Assembly (NCBI GenBank): GCA_040285825.1
Contig: JAUPSS010000006.1
Location: 434,001-498,000 of the forward strand
Direction of reading: 5' to 3'
Origin: Eukaryota sp. TZLM1-RC
Lineage: Eukaryota > Protista > Metamonada: BaSk clade
Length of the DNA: 64,000 nt
Under the pieces are notes generated by a model. The model was not told the origin of the DNA, made no database searches, and saw nothing but the letters and a program-made list of their open reading frames with translations. The translations under genes were made by a program, and so were the position numbers. Shown here piece after piece: positions 1 through 9,775 of this stretch (position 1 is the stretch's first letter; each line of letters opens with the position of its first letter).

Positions 1-38
1 GCTCTCATCTGCAAAATTTTGAGATGAATTGACAGTCG

Positions 39-57
39 CACAGTGGGACTCGAACCC
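39..57 (-). promoter_or_regulatory. B-box-like motif of the dispersed ~440-bp element (partial copy at window edge)
   Basis: CACAGTGGGACTCGAACCC; minus strand reads GTTCGAGTCCC (tRNA T-loop/B-box consensus GTTCRANNC). Same context as the copy at 9731. Confidence 0.6.
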
Positions 58-294
58 AGATGGATGATTTTGATTGTGTTGATGTGTCATTAAAATGGCA
101 AACACATATTGCATTAATTTTACATGCTGATTAGATTATTTAGTTATTTATTTAATTTTTGTTTTTTATTTATTGATTATTTAGGCAAACTCAGTCATTT
201 TGCCTAAAGTAGTTAATTTTTAATTTGCTTTATTGGTCATGGTCAGTTGACGTTCACAGTTAACATTCCTATGTGAATGATGCTGTGAAAACTT

Positions 295-570
295 CAGCCA
301 TCTCTCTTCTTTTGAACTACTGACATTACCTCAAGTCTCCCATGCTTTCTGATCTCAAGTAATATCCTTTCTTTCACTCCAATCACTCCTCTCCGTCTCT
401 ATATTCTCAACTTTCCTTCCAGTTGGTGTACATGATATCTTTTATTTTGCATTCCATGGATGTTACTTCATTAAACTTTATGCATCCATGTCAAGGGGTC
501 AACACATTGAAAGTTGGGTTGGTCAATTTTTGAGAGTTCATGAGACTCGAACCCGGAACCTAGGCGAATT
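295..570 (-). repeat. Divergent copy of B-box element
   Basis: Pyrimidine-rich body (ctactgaca shared with the 9.4-kb copy) ending in GAGACTCGAACCC at 542; followed by the 250-bp module as in other units. Confidence 0.45.
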
Positions 571-879
571 CAGTTATTCTGTTTTAACTCTTTAAATTCT
601 TAAAATAAAGTTGCTTTATTGGTCTTAATCATCTGTCCCTTTTCTTTTTTTGCTGTTATTTCAATTTTTTACTTGTAGTTTTTTATGTATATTTTTTACA
701 AACCAAAATTAATTTGACTATGATTATTGCTATGTTTCTGAAATATCAGTTTAAATTAAATTCAATTATGACATTTGGTAAATTTGTTTAAATGATAAGT
801 ATCATAAGGTTTATTTCTTTAAGTTTTTGATTTTAATTTTGTTTTTTTTCGCTGATTTTTGTTTACTACTAATTTATTG

Positions 880-1205
880 GAGTCTCTTCCAAATATTGAG
901 AGTAATTCTCTTTATTTTGAATCACTCAGTACAAACAAAAACGACTGAATAGTCATCAATCATTCAGTTTTTAACTGTTTGAGCTTGATTACGGTCAAGA
1001 AAGATCTGATTACATGTGTCTGTATAGTCTACATGTTTTTGGACCTTTGTAGGTTTAATACTTACAACAACTTTATTTATGAATTGATTTAAGGGTTTCT
1101 TTTTTTACATCAAGATGATTTATTCATTTTTATTTTCTTTATTTTGTATTTCTTCATTTTATATAATTTTTATTATGTATTGACATGACTAAAGCAGGGT
1201 CGATT
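880..1205. repeat. Conserved ~250-bp module, copy 1
   Basis: GAGTCTC(T)..CAAATATTGAGAGTAATTCTCT...CATTCAGTTTTTAACTGTTTGA...GGTCAAGAAAGATCTGATTAC...; recurs at 10379, 25639, 34711, 41659 (reverse), 47754, 47960, 58006. Confidence 0.9.
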
Positions 1206-1206
1206 T

Positions 1207-1480
1207 TTACTCGACGACATCTAAAACATCGTATGCGTATCTGCGATAAGCAGGCTTGGTTGAACATACAATTGGACGAATGTTTACTATACTTTCATAA
1301 TCATTTGCAACTAATTTTTGCACAGCTGGATTCCAAATGGCCAACATTACAGGAATTCCAGCCTTGGAGCTGTGATAGTTGTGCACAATTCTTGATCCTA
1401 AGGTTAAACAGTAAAAATATACATACCATCATCATGTGGTACTTCCACTGGATTTAGAGCAGATTCAACAACCAATACAC
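1207..1480 (-). pseudogene. Orphan family 'ALNPVEV..G|SRIVHNYHSSKAGIPVMLAIW', C-terminal part
   Basis: 29-nt intron 1398-1426 (GTATG..TTAG); homologue at ~12160-12420 has a 30-nt intron at the same position (12347-12376). Confidence 0.6.
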
Positions 1481-1489
1481 AGGTTGTTT

Positions 1490-2090
1490 TTCTGTTCTTC
1501 GTCCACTGTATCTAGAATTAATAAAATAAAAATAAACATACCCAAAACCAATTCATTCAGAGGTTTGAAAGAAAAATTATTGTTAGATTTTGGGTTTTCG
1601 CGAAATTGTGATATCTCGCATTGACATTCATGCAATTGTGATTAGTAATAAGAAAGTACATACCCTCCGTCAAGCCAGGCCATCCAATGAGAGATTTGCT
1701 GTGTTCCAATTCTATTTGGTTCATCAGCAATGCAGACGTCGTATCGAAAATTCTCAAAGTCTTCGAATTTCCCAGCATCGGGAGCCATATAGACTTTGAG
1801 TCCAGCCTAGGGTTAGTTTTCAGTAAAAAACATACTTTTTTCAGTAATCTAATGATGGTTGTTTCAACGATGGAGGAAGGACCAGAGACATACAGATGCT
1901 TTTTCCGGAAAGCCCTCTTGAAACCAATCGGAAAATCATATTGTCCAAAACCAAATAACCAATGGTATCAAACTTGCTATTGACCTCGGCTTGGCCTAGT
2001 AACTTGGCTTTGTTTTTCAAGATGTTTGGCTTTGCCTTCATAATCATGAAGAACAGAACGAATCAATTCATGATTATCTCCTGGTCTTAG
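1490..2090 (-). pseudogene. Intron-containing SF3 helicase (CRESS-Rep/viral AAA+ type), degenerate
   Basis: Spliced reading HLYVSGPSSIVETTIIRLLKK|AGLKVYMAPDAGKFEDFENFRYDVCIADE..WLDG|GCMNVNARYHNFAKTQNLTIIFLSN gives Walker A (GK changed to VE), Walker B, B' and motif C. Introns 1807-1835, 1636-1663 (acceptor mutated), 1512-1541; upstream stops. Confidence 0.7.
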
Positions 2091-2347
2091 CATCAGAAAT
2101 CAAACCTTTAAGAAAGGTGAAACATTTGTACTCACATTTTTCTTCAGCAAGGGCTTTTTGAAAATAGTGCACCACATGGTTGAAGGATCTATTGGCGGCA
2201 TGATCAGCAAGTGGACTGAAATAAATAAACAGAAAAAACATACATATGTTTTCGGTAACGTCGACGTGGACGATGGGACGAAACTAGTTCAGTTGGAGCA
2301 GGAGTTTGGTGTTGAGGGTATGTGCGATATCTGCGAGAAAAGGACAA
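2090..2347 (-). pseudogene. Orphan 'RxFNH' family fragment
   Basis: 28-nt intron 2216-2243, then PLADHAANRSFNHVVHYFQKALAEEKCEYKCFTF. Confidence 0.55.
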
Positions 2348-2859
2348 CTGAAACACAATATAAACATACAACAATATTTATTTACGGACAAAGTCAGCAT
2401 CTAACTCATACAAAAGACGTGTCTTCTGATCAGATCTGATTTTTGAAAATTTAATTTTTTTTCAGCCAAGTTGAAACAGCAACCATAATTTTGATACTAG
2501 TTCCCTTATAGCACAACAGCGGAAACAGTTTGCGGGTTTGAAATATATTCACTTTATCCACAGCAGCGTAGGAGATTTCAGAAGATGATTTTTTAAAAAG
2601 TGCCACTTTCCTACAGGAAATCTTTGAAGGATATTCAAGATAAATTTACATGCATTTAATAAAAAGAATCTTTCTCTTGAATTATTCCGATTGAAATTGA
2701 TGTAGTGTTTGAGAACAGAATCAGCAACTACTTCTTCGGGTTGGGCTAATGGTTCATCTGGCAAGAGAGAGAGAATAATTGGCACAAACATTCGTTTTAT
2801 CTAGAGCTCTACAATGACCACGAATAAAATTTTTTGTCCAGGATTGACAAATTTTAGGT

Positions 2860-3050
2860 AGACTTGTCTTCACGTTAGACGCTAATTGACGAGCCCGACA
2901 AGCAAGGTAAGGAGAAAGCCCTTTCTATTGATAAAATTACGTTTCTGACATTGCAGCCAAGCATTGAGAAAAAGATTGAATGAATTTCTATAAGGCACTA
3001 AAGAATTTTCCCATGAAGAAACAAGAGACCTGTTTTGTTGATGCCGTAGG
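2860..3050 (-). repeat. Duplicated gene fragment (paralogue at ~14074-14304)
   Basis: Nucleotide similarity to 14190-14300; peptides QVSCF(F/Y)MG and NSFN..LN.WLQ.QK.NFINRKG in both. Confidence 0.55.
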
Positions 3051-3085
3051 TTGGAAAAGTGGGGTTAAGATAAAGATGATTTATT

Positions 3086-3740
3086 TTATTTATTAAATGA
3101 TTCTAATTTTGGACTTCCTCCCTTTAAAAATGTTTCTGATTTTTTATTTAAATCTGTTTCCTCTGATTCTCTACTTGAACTTTCTGGTTTTTTGTTGAAC
3201 ATTTCACTTGGTTTGTTAAATCTTTCTGTCTTGACACTTTCGTCCTGTTTTTGATTAAACATTTCATCTGGTTTATTAAATCTTTCTGTCTTGACACTTT
3301 CGTCCTGTTTTTGATTAAACATTTTATCTGGTTTATTAAACATTTCACTTGGTCTACATCTTTCTGTCTTGTTTTTGATTAAACATTTTATCTGGTTTAT
3401 TAAACATTTCACTTGGTCTACATCTTTCTGTCTTGAAACTTTCATCTTGTTTTTTATTTGAAAAAATTTCACTTGGTTTAAATCTTTCTGTCTTGAAACT
3501 TTCGTCTTGTTTTTGATTAAACATTTCATTTTGGGTAGTTGAAATTGAACCATTATCTGATTCACTATCTGATTGTTCATCATCTTCATTTTCAGATTCA
3601 TCTTTTTTGTCTCCAATTAATTCCATAAAACTCGATGTATCAAATGATTGTTCATCTTCATCATCCAATTCTTCAACTTCGTCTTTTTTCACAAATTTTG
3701 ATAAATCACTAGATGTAAGTGCTGATAGTGATAATGCCAT
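3086..3740 (-). pseudogene. Acidic protein with 20-aa (60-bp) tandem repeats, frameshifted
   Basis: ORFs 3354..3740 and 3086..3616 share (KP.EMFNQKQDES.KTERF)n; the frame changes at a repeat deletion near 3360-3370. Confidence 0.6.
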
Positions 3741-3794
3741 TTTGAAATAAAGATTGAAAAAGATGGTTATGCATTTGAATGGTTATCGGAAAGA

Positions 3795-4058
3795 TTGAGA
3801 GATAATAAAGATTTTGCTAAAATTGCAATTGAAGTATTACCTGAAAATTTTGAATTTTGTTCAGAAAGATTGAGAGATAATAAAGATTTTGCTAAATTTG
3901 CAATTAAAAAAATGCCTGAAAATTTTGAATTTTGTTCAGAAAGATTGAGAAATGATGATGATTTTGCTAAATTTGCAATTGAATTAAATCATTTAAATTT
4001 AAGTCATTGTTCAAATGATATGAAAGTTGAAAATATGTTTAGATTAATAGATAAATGA
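3795..4058 (+). CDS. DUF4116-like repeat protein fragment
   Basis: Tandem RLRDNKDFAK.AI...PENFEFCSE units. Confidence 0.6.
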   Translation: MRDNKDFAKIAIEVLPENFEFCSERLRDNKDFAKFAIKKMPENFEFCSERLRNDDDFAKFAIELNHLNLSHCSNDMKVENMFRLIDK

Positions 4059-4177
4059 TTTTTTTAAATGCATCATTTCGAACAATGGAAATGTCACAAA
4101 TAAATATTTCTCGATTTTGGACATTACAGAAAAAATCACAATTAATGTATTTTTTTATGATTTGTTGTTCTCTCTTT

Positions 4178-4990
4178 CTATATTGTATCAAAACAATATT
4201 GAAACGCATCAAATTTGGATGTAATAATATTGGGAATTGTAATGTCATAATTAATAAATCCACGAACATATTCATCTCCAACATTAAAACTAATTTTATC
4301 ATCATCATCATGAACACTTAAACTAAATTTTGCAATTCTATGATCATCATCAAACAAATCATGATCATTAGCAACAGATTTCATAAATTCACGTTCATCA
4401 TCAGACATTAATTCTCCAATATTCATTTTAGTCATTGATAAAGTCATTGTACATCTTGCAATAATTGACATGTTATCTGAAATTCCATGAATATCATAAG
4501 CATTTGCTAGTGCTTCATATTTGTCAAATAATTCTTGGAAACGATTGAAACATTCAGACATTTTTGCTCTATTGAAAAATTTATTTACTTTTCTAAAATA
4601 TTCACGAATTTCATTTGGATTGTTATTGTTAATTTCAACACCATTAAGTGGGTATTCTGCTAAAGCATTGGTAATTGTTGTTCTGAAATCGATATCAACT
4701 TGTTCTTCCATATCAAGAATTTCAAAGAACATTGGTAATTTTTTCAATTTCTCGGGGTTCTTTTTAATTGCATTTCTCAATTTCAATAGCAATTTTTCAA
4801 CCTGTGTCATTTGTTCATATACCAATAAATCTTTTTCAAGTTGCTCATTACAAATACTTTTTAATTTTGGAAACATAATTGCAATTCGCTCATTAAATGA
4901 TTTTTTTCCAGAAACATAATTATCATGTCTCTTTTCCATCATTTTGGTAATAAATTCATCCCTAGCTTGTTCTAGTTTTTGATCATCCAT
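4178..4990 (-). CDS. Hypothetical protein, 270 aa
   Basis: Long uninterrupted ATG-initiated ORF in very AT-rich DNA; no recognised motif. Confidence 0.65.
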   Translation of the reverse strand: MDDQKLEQARDEFITKMMEKRHDNYVSGKKSFNERIAIMFPKLKSICNEQLEKDLLVYEQMTQVEKLLLKLRNAIKKNPEKLKKLPMFFEILDMEEQVDIDFRTTITNALAEYPLNGVEINNNNPNEIREYFRKVNKFFNRAKMSECFNRFQELFDKYEALANAYDIHGISDNMSIIARCTMTLSMTKMNIGELMSDDEREFMKSVANDHDLFDDDHRIAKFSLSVHDDDDKISFNVGDEYVRGFINYDITIPNIITSKFDAFQYCFDTI

Positions 4991-5620
4991 AAATAAAGGA
5001 ACATTATATTTTGCAATTACTTATCTAATTAAAATCATGATTTTATCATGACGAATATTTTGAGTATCATTCATTGAGACTGTATCTGTTGTGACATTAT
5101 GAGTGGCATTTTTACTATGATTAATTGTGGTGTCATAAATATCATTAATAATTGAAATCAACTTTTTAAATTGAGAATGATCATGTTGTTTCAACATTTC
5201 AACAGCACCTTTAATTTGATAAATTAAATCACCAGTCTCAGATCTGAGGGCAACAGAACCTGCAAGATATGTCATTTGACTTTTACTTGGAAATAACATC
5301 ATTTTCATAATAAAATTCAAAAATATCATCATCATCTAAAACAGCTTTTATTTTTACATCACCAACAATAGATTCTTGTGTTTGAATGTTATTATTTATA
5401 TTTTTAAAGGTTTCCAACATTTCAATATGTTGTTGGAGTTCCTTGTCAGCGGATGCCTCTATATCCAACCCCTCGTCTTGACAACAACAAAATAGAAAAC
5501 CTAGCATTATTTTAGAATAATTACTCCTTTTTCTAGAGATTGTCAATTTTCTCAGGAAAAAAATAATTGCCCTCCGTTGATTTTTTCATATTTTTTCAAC
5601 ATCATTGGGGAATTTTTTTA

Positions 5621-6163
5621 TTAAATTTGTTTATATAAATTACATAGAATAGATTTGTATTCATCTTCATTTAATTTATCTTCTCCAATCAATTCCATAA
5701 ATTCATTCATAGTCATAAATCCTACTTCACTATCTTTATACTTGGCTTTAATTTCACTAGAAACATCTTCTCCATTCAAACAACCAGCTAATAAAATATG
5801 ACCTTTTGCCCCTGTCTCTTCTATTACTCTTTTAACTTCATTGATGGTTACTGGTGATTTCTCACTATCAAAGTCTCCATTATTTTTTATCTCACAGTAA
5901 TAATCTATTTGCTCTTCGGAAGAACCTTCAGGGGAAGCTATTGAAAAGGCCAAGTCAATTTGAATTTTCCTAGCTTTATCTGTTTCCTTATCTTTCTTTC
6001 GATAAACTGTCAAATCTTTTAATTTATGACCAACCTCACTCACTAATTTATTACAAAATATTTCAACAACATTTCCAATTTTTATGCATTCACTCTGTGT
6101 TAACAATCCATTAAACCATTTCATATTTAGTGAGGTTTTATTTTTAACTTTATTTTTTTTCAA
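5621..6163 (-). CDS. PD-(D/E)XK restriction-endonuclease-like protein
   Basis: GNVVE helix, IQIDLAF strand and YYCEIK (E-x-K) in canonical order. Confidence 0.55.
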   Translation of the reverse strand: MKKNKVKNKTSLNMKWFNGLLTQSECIKIGNVVEIFCNKLVSEVGHKLKDLTVYRKKDKETDKARKIQIDLAFSIASPEGSSEEQIDYYCEIKNNGDFDSEKSPVTINEVKRVIEETGAKGHILLAGCLNGEDVSSEIKAKYKDSEVGFMTMNEFMELIGEDKLNEDEYKSILCNLYKQI

Positions 6164-6260
6164 TTCTGACCTTACTAATTGTATTCATTAATCTATCTTT
6201 TAAACTAGCTATCTTCATTTGTTCTTATAAATAATTTTCAATTAATTCTCTAAATTTAAT

Positions 6261-7037
6261 TTGTGTGCCACTAATGAAGCATTTGTAACAAAAATGAGAT
6301 TATATTTGAACATCCCCATTAACCAATTATTATCAAAAGAAAAATGTATTTGTTCGAATTCACCTCAACTCACTTTGCGCCATGCTCTAAATTGCTCTAA
6401 ATTGATAACTTATCGTTCTTCATTACATGATGCTGTTAGAGACACTGTTTTCAATATGGCACAAACTGCAAGGATATCGTGTATCAAAGAGCCCCTGCTG
6501 AAGGAAACACTTTCTCTGAATAATTTTGCTTCTGATGATAGAGGTGATGTATACTGTGATTGGATTGATAATTCTCTGAAGCTATTGTTGACTTTGTCTC
6601 ATGTAATGTTGCAAATGATACTTTGGTTCACAGAAGAAAACTTAATCCTGTGGCTGCTCTGGATTTTAAAGCAAAAGAGAAACATAGAAAATATGATAAA
6701 GATATTGAAGAGGCTAATGTCGATAGAAATACACAGCTGGTTTTTATTGCTTTCCCATTTTCGATAAATGGAAGATTATCAGTTGAAGCAGAAACTTTTT
6801 TGGATGACTTCCAAAAAATGGTGCAAGAAAAAACAATGAAAAGATTTGATATTTTTTATGGCGTTCACGGATTCAATTTGCCATTAATACTAAATTACCT
6901 CGGTTTTTCAATCGAATTAGAGAAGCTTTAGCTAGACAGCAAGCAGATCAAGATTTTGTAGAGGAAATCTTGGTTCAATGATAGTCGTCCCATTAGTTAT
7001 GAGTTAATTTAATTAAGTGTGCAAATTCAATAAATAC
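6261..7037 (+). mobile_element. 5'-truncated RLE-type non-LTR retrotransposon (zinc knuckle + restriction-like endonuclease), frameshifted
   Basis: C-x-C..H..NC, LHDAVRD, RGD, KEKHRKY, F.F..NG motifs; 3' UTR ending CAATAAATAC matches the copy at 24070-24577. Confidence 0.8.
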
Positions 7038-7300
7038 GATTTTTTTAAATTTAACTAATTCAGATTGACTTATTTCAAAAATCTTTTTGATAAAGATTGA
7101 GTACATTAATGATAAATCATAAGCAGCAAATATCTCATCGAAAGTTACTGTAAGTTCAGCTTCATCTCTTTTATTCTTTTCACATACCTCACATATTTCA
7201 AGACGATATTTTTCACAGGTCTCACATTTAATTATTTCTTTATCATATATATATATATGTTATATAGATATGGACCTTTCTCTTCAACTATTTCTTCAAC

Positions 7301-7456
7301 GACGAAACCCGTGAGTCCTTAAAAACTATCCTAAATTATATATTAAGAGATTCAGTCACGTACATGAAACATGCAAATCGAAAAACATTGGTGGCCATGG
7401 ATGTTGTTTTTGCTCTCAAACGTCATGGAAGAGTATGGTATGGATATGGGAATTAA
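7301..7456 (+). pseudogene. H4: Divergent histone H4, C-terminal fragment
   Basis: [51 protein letters not shown] aligns with the H4 histone-fold C-terminus; not in the ORF track. Confidence 0.85.
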
Positions 7457-7559
7457 ATTCTGTGTCTGTGTAATTCACCTGTGGTCAATAATAGGTGAAT
7501 TTTAATTCTCACCTCACAAATTTCTCACATCTTCTTTTTACTGTCCTTTATTCACTTCT

Positions 7560-8657
7560 ATGGGGGCCACTATCGACTTATTGTTGTCTGGTAATGATCT
7601 TAGGCGCCTCAAAGTACACGCTAGCGAAGACACAAAGATTCGTGCGGTGTACACCTTAGTCCTCCTTGAGAAAACACAACAAGACGTTGCTGAATACTAC
7701 TGCGTTGCACAGTCTACGGTATCGACTTGGTTACGCCAAGTATTTCCTAGTTCTGAATCTACTCCCAATCCTACATCACGCAATCTCTTCCAAACTCCTT
7801 CATCTCGTCACAAACTAAACGAAACAGAGTCCTCGTTTATCCTCCAACTTGTGAAAGAACAACCTCTCCTTTTTTTACGCGAAATACGTAAGCTAGTTTT
7901 TACAAAATTTCACAAGAAAGTTAGTGTAACAACTGTGCACAGATTACTAATCAAAAACAATTTTACTCACAAAAAATGTGCTAATTTGATGAGACGAGCC
8001 AAAAAAGAACTGATTCATAACTTTGAATTAAGTTTTCGAAGACTTTTTGGTGTTGTAATTCAACAACAATTATTATTTATTGACGAAGTTTCGTTTAAAT
8101 CAGAACACTTTGTGAGAAAAACTTGTTGGAGCCCTAAGGGAGTTCCAATAAATACTGAAAGACCGAACTTCAAGGAAGGGCAGGTGAGTCTCATGGTGGC
8201 AATTGATGTCAATGGACTAGTGATGTTTCATATTAAACAAGGTCATTTTAATCGCACAGGATATGTAAGTTTTCTACAAGATTTACTGCATCATAAATTA
8301 TTATCAATTGAAGGAGGAGCTAGATCAATAGTGGTTGTTGATGGTTGCAATATTCATAAAAATGCATACATTTTCAGGGCTGTAAAATTGGCTGGCTTAA
8401 AATATTTGATTTTACCACCGTATTCTTCTGATTGTAACCCAATAGAAGCGTTTTTTGGTCTGCTTAGAAGAAAAGTCAGAGACAATTCGTTACACAGCCC
8501 ACTGCAAGGTGTTAATCTTTTGCAGCAGCTATTACGTACAATGAATTTCAATTGCAGCAATTTATTTGACCATAGTGGCTGGAAGGATTTTTGCCCATTC
8601 AGATCGCCATACTTGCATGGTATAAAGGCAAACTTCTTCAAAGATCATTTGGATTGA
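7560..8657 (+). CDS. IS630/Tc1 DD34E transposase, apparently intact (365 aa)
   Basis: N-terminal HTH motifs, FIDE, VVDGCNIH, LPPYSSDCNPIE; 34 residues between the second D and E. Confidence 0.92.
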   Translation: MGATIDLLLSGNDLRRLKVHASEDTKIRAVYTLVLLEKTQQDVAEYYCVAQSTVSTWLRQVFPSSESTPNPTSRNLFQTPSSRHKLNETESSFILQLVKEQPLLFLREIRKLVFTKFHKKVSVTTVHRLLIKNNFTHKKCANLMRRAKKELIHNFELSFRRLFGVVIQQQLLFIDEVSFKSEHFVRKTCWSPKGVPINTERPNFKEGQVSLMVAIDVNGLVMFHIKQGHFNRTGYVSFLQDLLHHKLLSIEGGARSIVVVDGCNIHKNAYIFRAVKLAGLKYLILPPYSSDCNPIEAFFGLLRRKVRDNSLHSPLQGVNLLQQLLRTMNFNCSNLFDHSGWKDFCPFRSPYLHGIKANFFKDHLD

Positions 8658-8768
8658 ATAAAGTTTTGATTAAAAATGTATTAGAAATAAAACAGTTTTA
8701 ATTGATTATGTATTGAAAATAAAAAAAAGAACTTTTATCTTCAAAAAACCAATACTATTGTACTACTA

Positions 8769-9253
8769 TTAATCAGTATGCTGAGTGTCTTCCGCAGCAG
8801 CCACTCTTTTGAAAGCTTCATTTACGTCACTGGATAAGGCAGCTTCTGAACTAGTTCTTTTACCCAAGCTGATAACAAAACAATTTAACTTCTTGAGAAA
8901 AGTAGACTCAAGTACATCAAGTAATTCAAGTACTTGTTCTCTAATCTTGAATAATTGAGCGGCTGAATATTGAGCTACCTGTTCAGCCAATTCAACCGAA
9001 AACAGATTGTTTTTTGCATCACCCAGGAAGGGTATGATGGACTCAGGAATCCTGGTGATGCTTCCCTTTCCCTCGTTGATTATCTCCAACCAAGTGTTCC
9101 ACAGGTGGTCAGCAAGTACCACCTTGTGACTGTTTCAACGTCTTGGTATAGAAGACCGATGGTAGTAGCACCAAAACGTCGAGCTCCAAATACTAGATAG
9201 TAATAAAGTTGGATTTGTACGGAATTGGGTGTACCAGATGCAACTAAAGACAT
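8769..9253 (-). CDS. ORF2 of the two-gene transposon (orphan, probably helical)
   Basis: Homologous to 55197..55583 (LAD.LW..WL..IN, I..E.AE....Y, E(D/N)TQ(H/Y)TD*). Putative ATG 9253, 28-nt intron 9193-9220 and an apparent frameshift near 9125. Confidence 0.65.
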
Positions 9254-9329
9254 AATATTTATGAAAGTGAATGAAATGTGAGGTGAATGTGAAAGAGGGA
9301 GTGATATCTATTTGAGATGAAATTCACAG

Positions 9330-9775
9330 GTGTTGTATTTGATTCAACTTTGAATTCTGATTTTCATTCTCCATCCCCATACCCTTTCGCTTTCGCTATT
9401 GAGGGTTATAGTTCCGGGGACACTTAGCCCTTTCCGATGTGTACTACTGACAGTAGACGCTAACGGTCTCTCCATTTTTCTTTACACCTTCATGATGATC
9501 ATCGCCATTCCGTCGCTTTTCTCTTCAGATTCATACATCTTTCCTTTACTCAGAACTCTGCTCTCAAAAGCTTTCATCCCGATCTCCTCATTTTGAGTCC
9601 CATTCCCAGTTTTTGGTCACCGTCACTCTTTCTCTTCTTGTTTCTGTTTTTGTGGGTGGTAGTGTTACCACTTTCAGCCGTCTGCTATCTGATGCTTTCC
9701 CAATCAATATGCCTCTTACATTAAAAGCTCCACAGTGGGACTCGAACACCAGCGGGTATGTCGGCCGACCTAATC
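9330..9775 (-). repeat. ~440-bp B-box/palindrome element (SINE-like or att-like)
   Basis: GGGACTCGAAC 9737-9747, GTCGGCCGAC 9760-9769; conserved distal core CTTAGCCCTT and GATTTTCATTCTCCATCC shared with 4 other copies. Confidence 0.75.

Larger units (their letters stand above)
7466..9329 (+). mobile_element. Complete two-gene IS630/Tc1-family DNA transposon (1864 bp)
   Basis: Imperfect TIRs CTGTGTAATTCACCTG and reverse-complement CTGTGAATTTCATCTC (12/16). The empty site at ~46696-46720 defines the ends and a GT duplication (7464-7465, 9330-9331). Confidence 0.85.

Noticed and set aside
8769-9253. ORF2 as a Fanzor/TnpB nuclease
   Set aside because: Too short, with no RuvC acidic motifs or zinc finger.
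9760-9773. Helitron 3' end (hairpin plus CTRR)
   Set aside because: CTAA abuts the palindrome without the usual spacer, is not in all copies, and homology continues beyond it; no RepHel seen.
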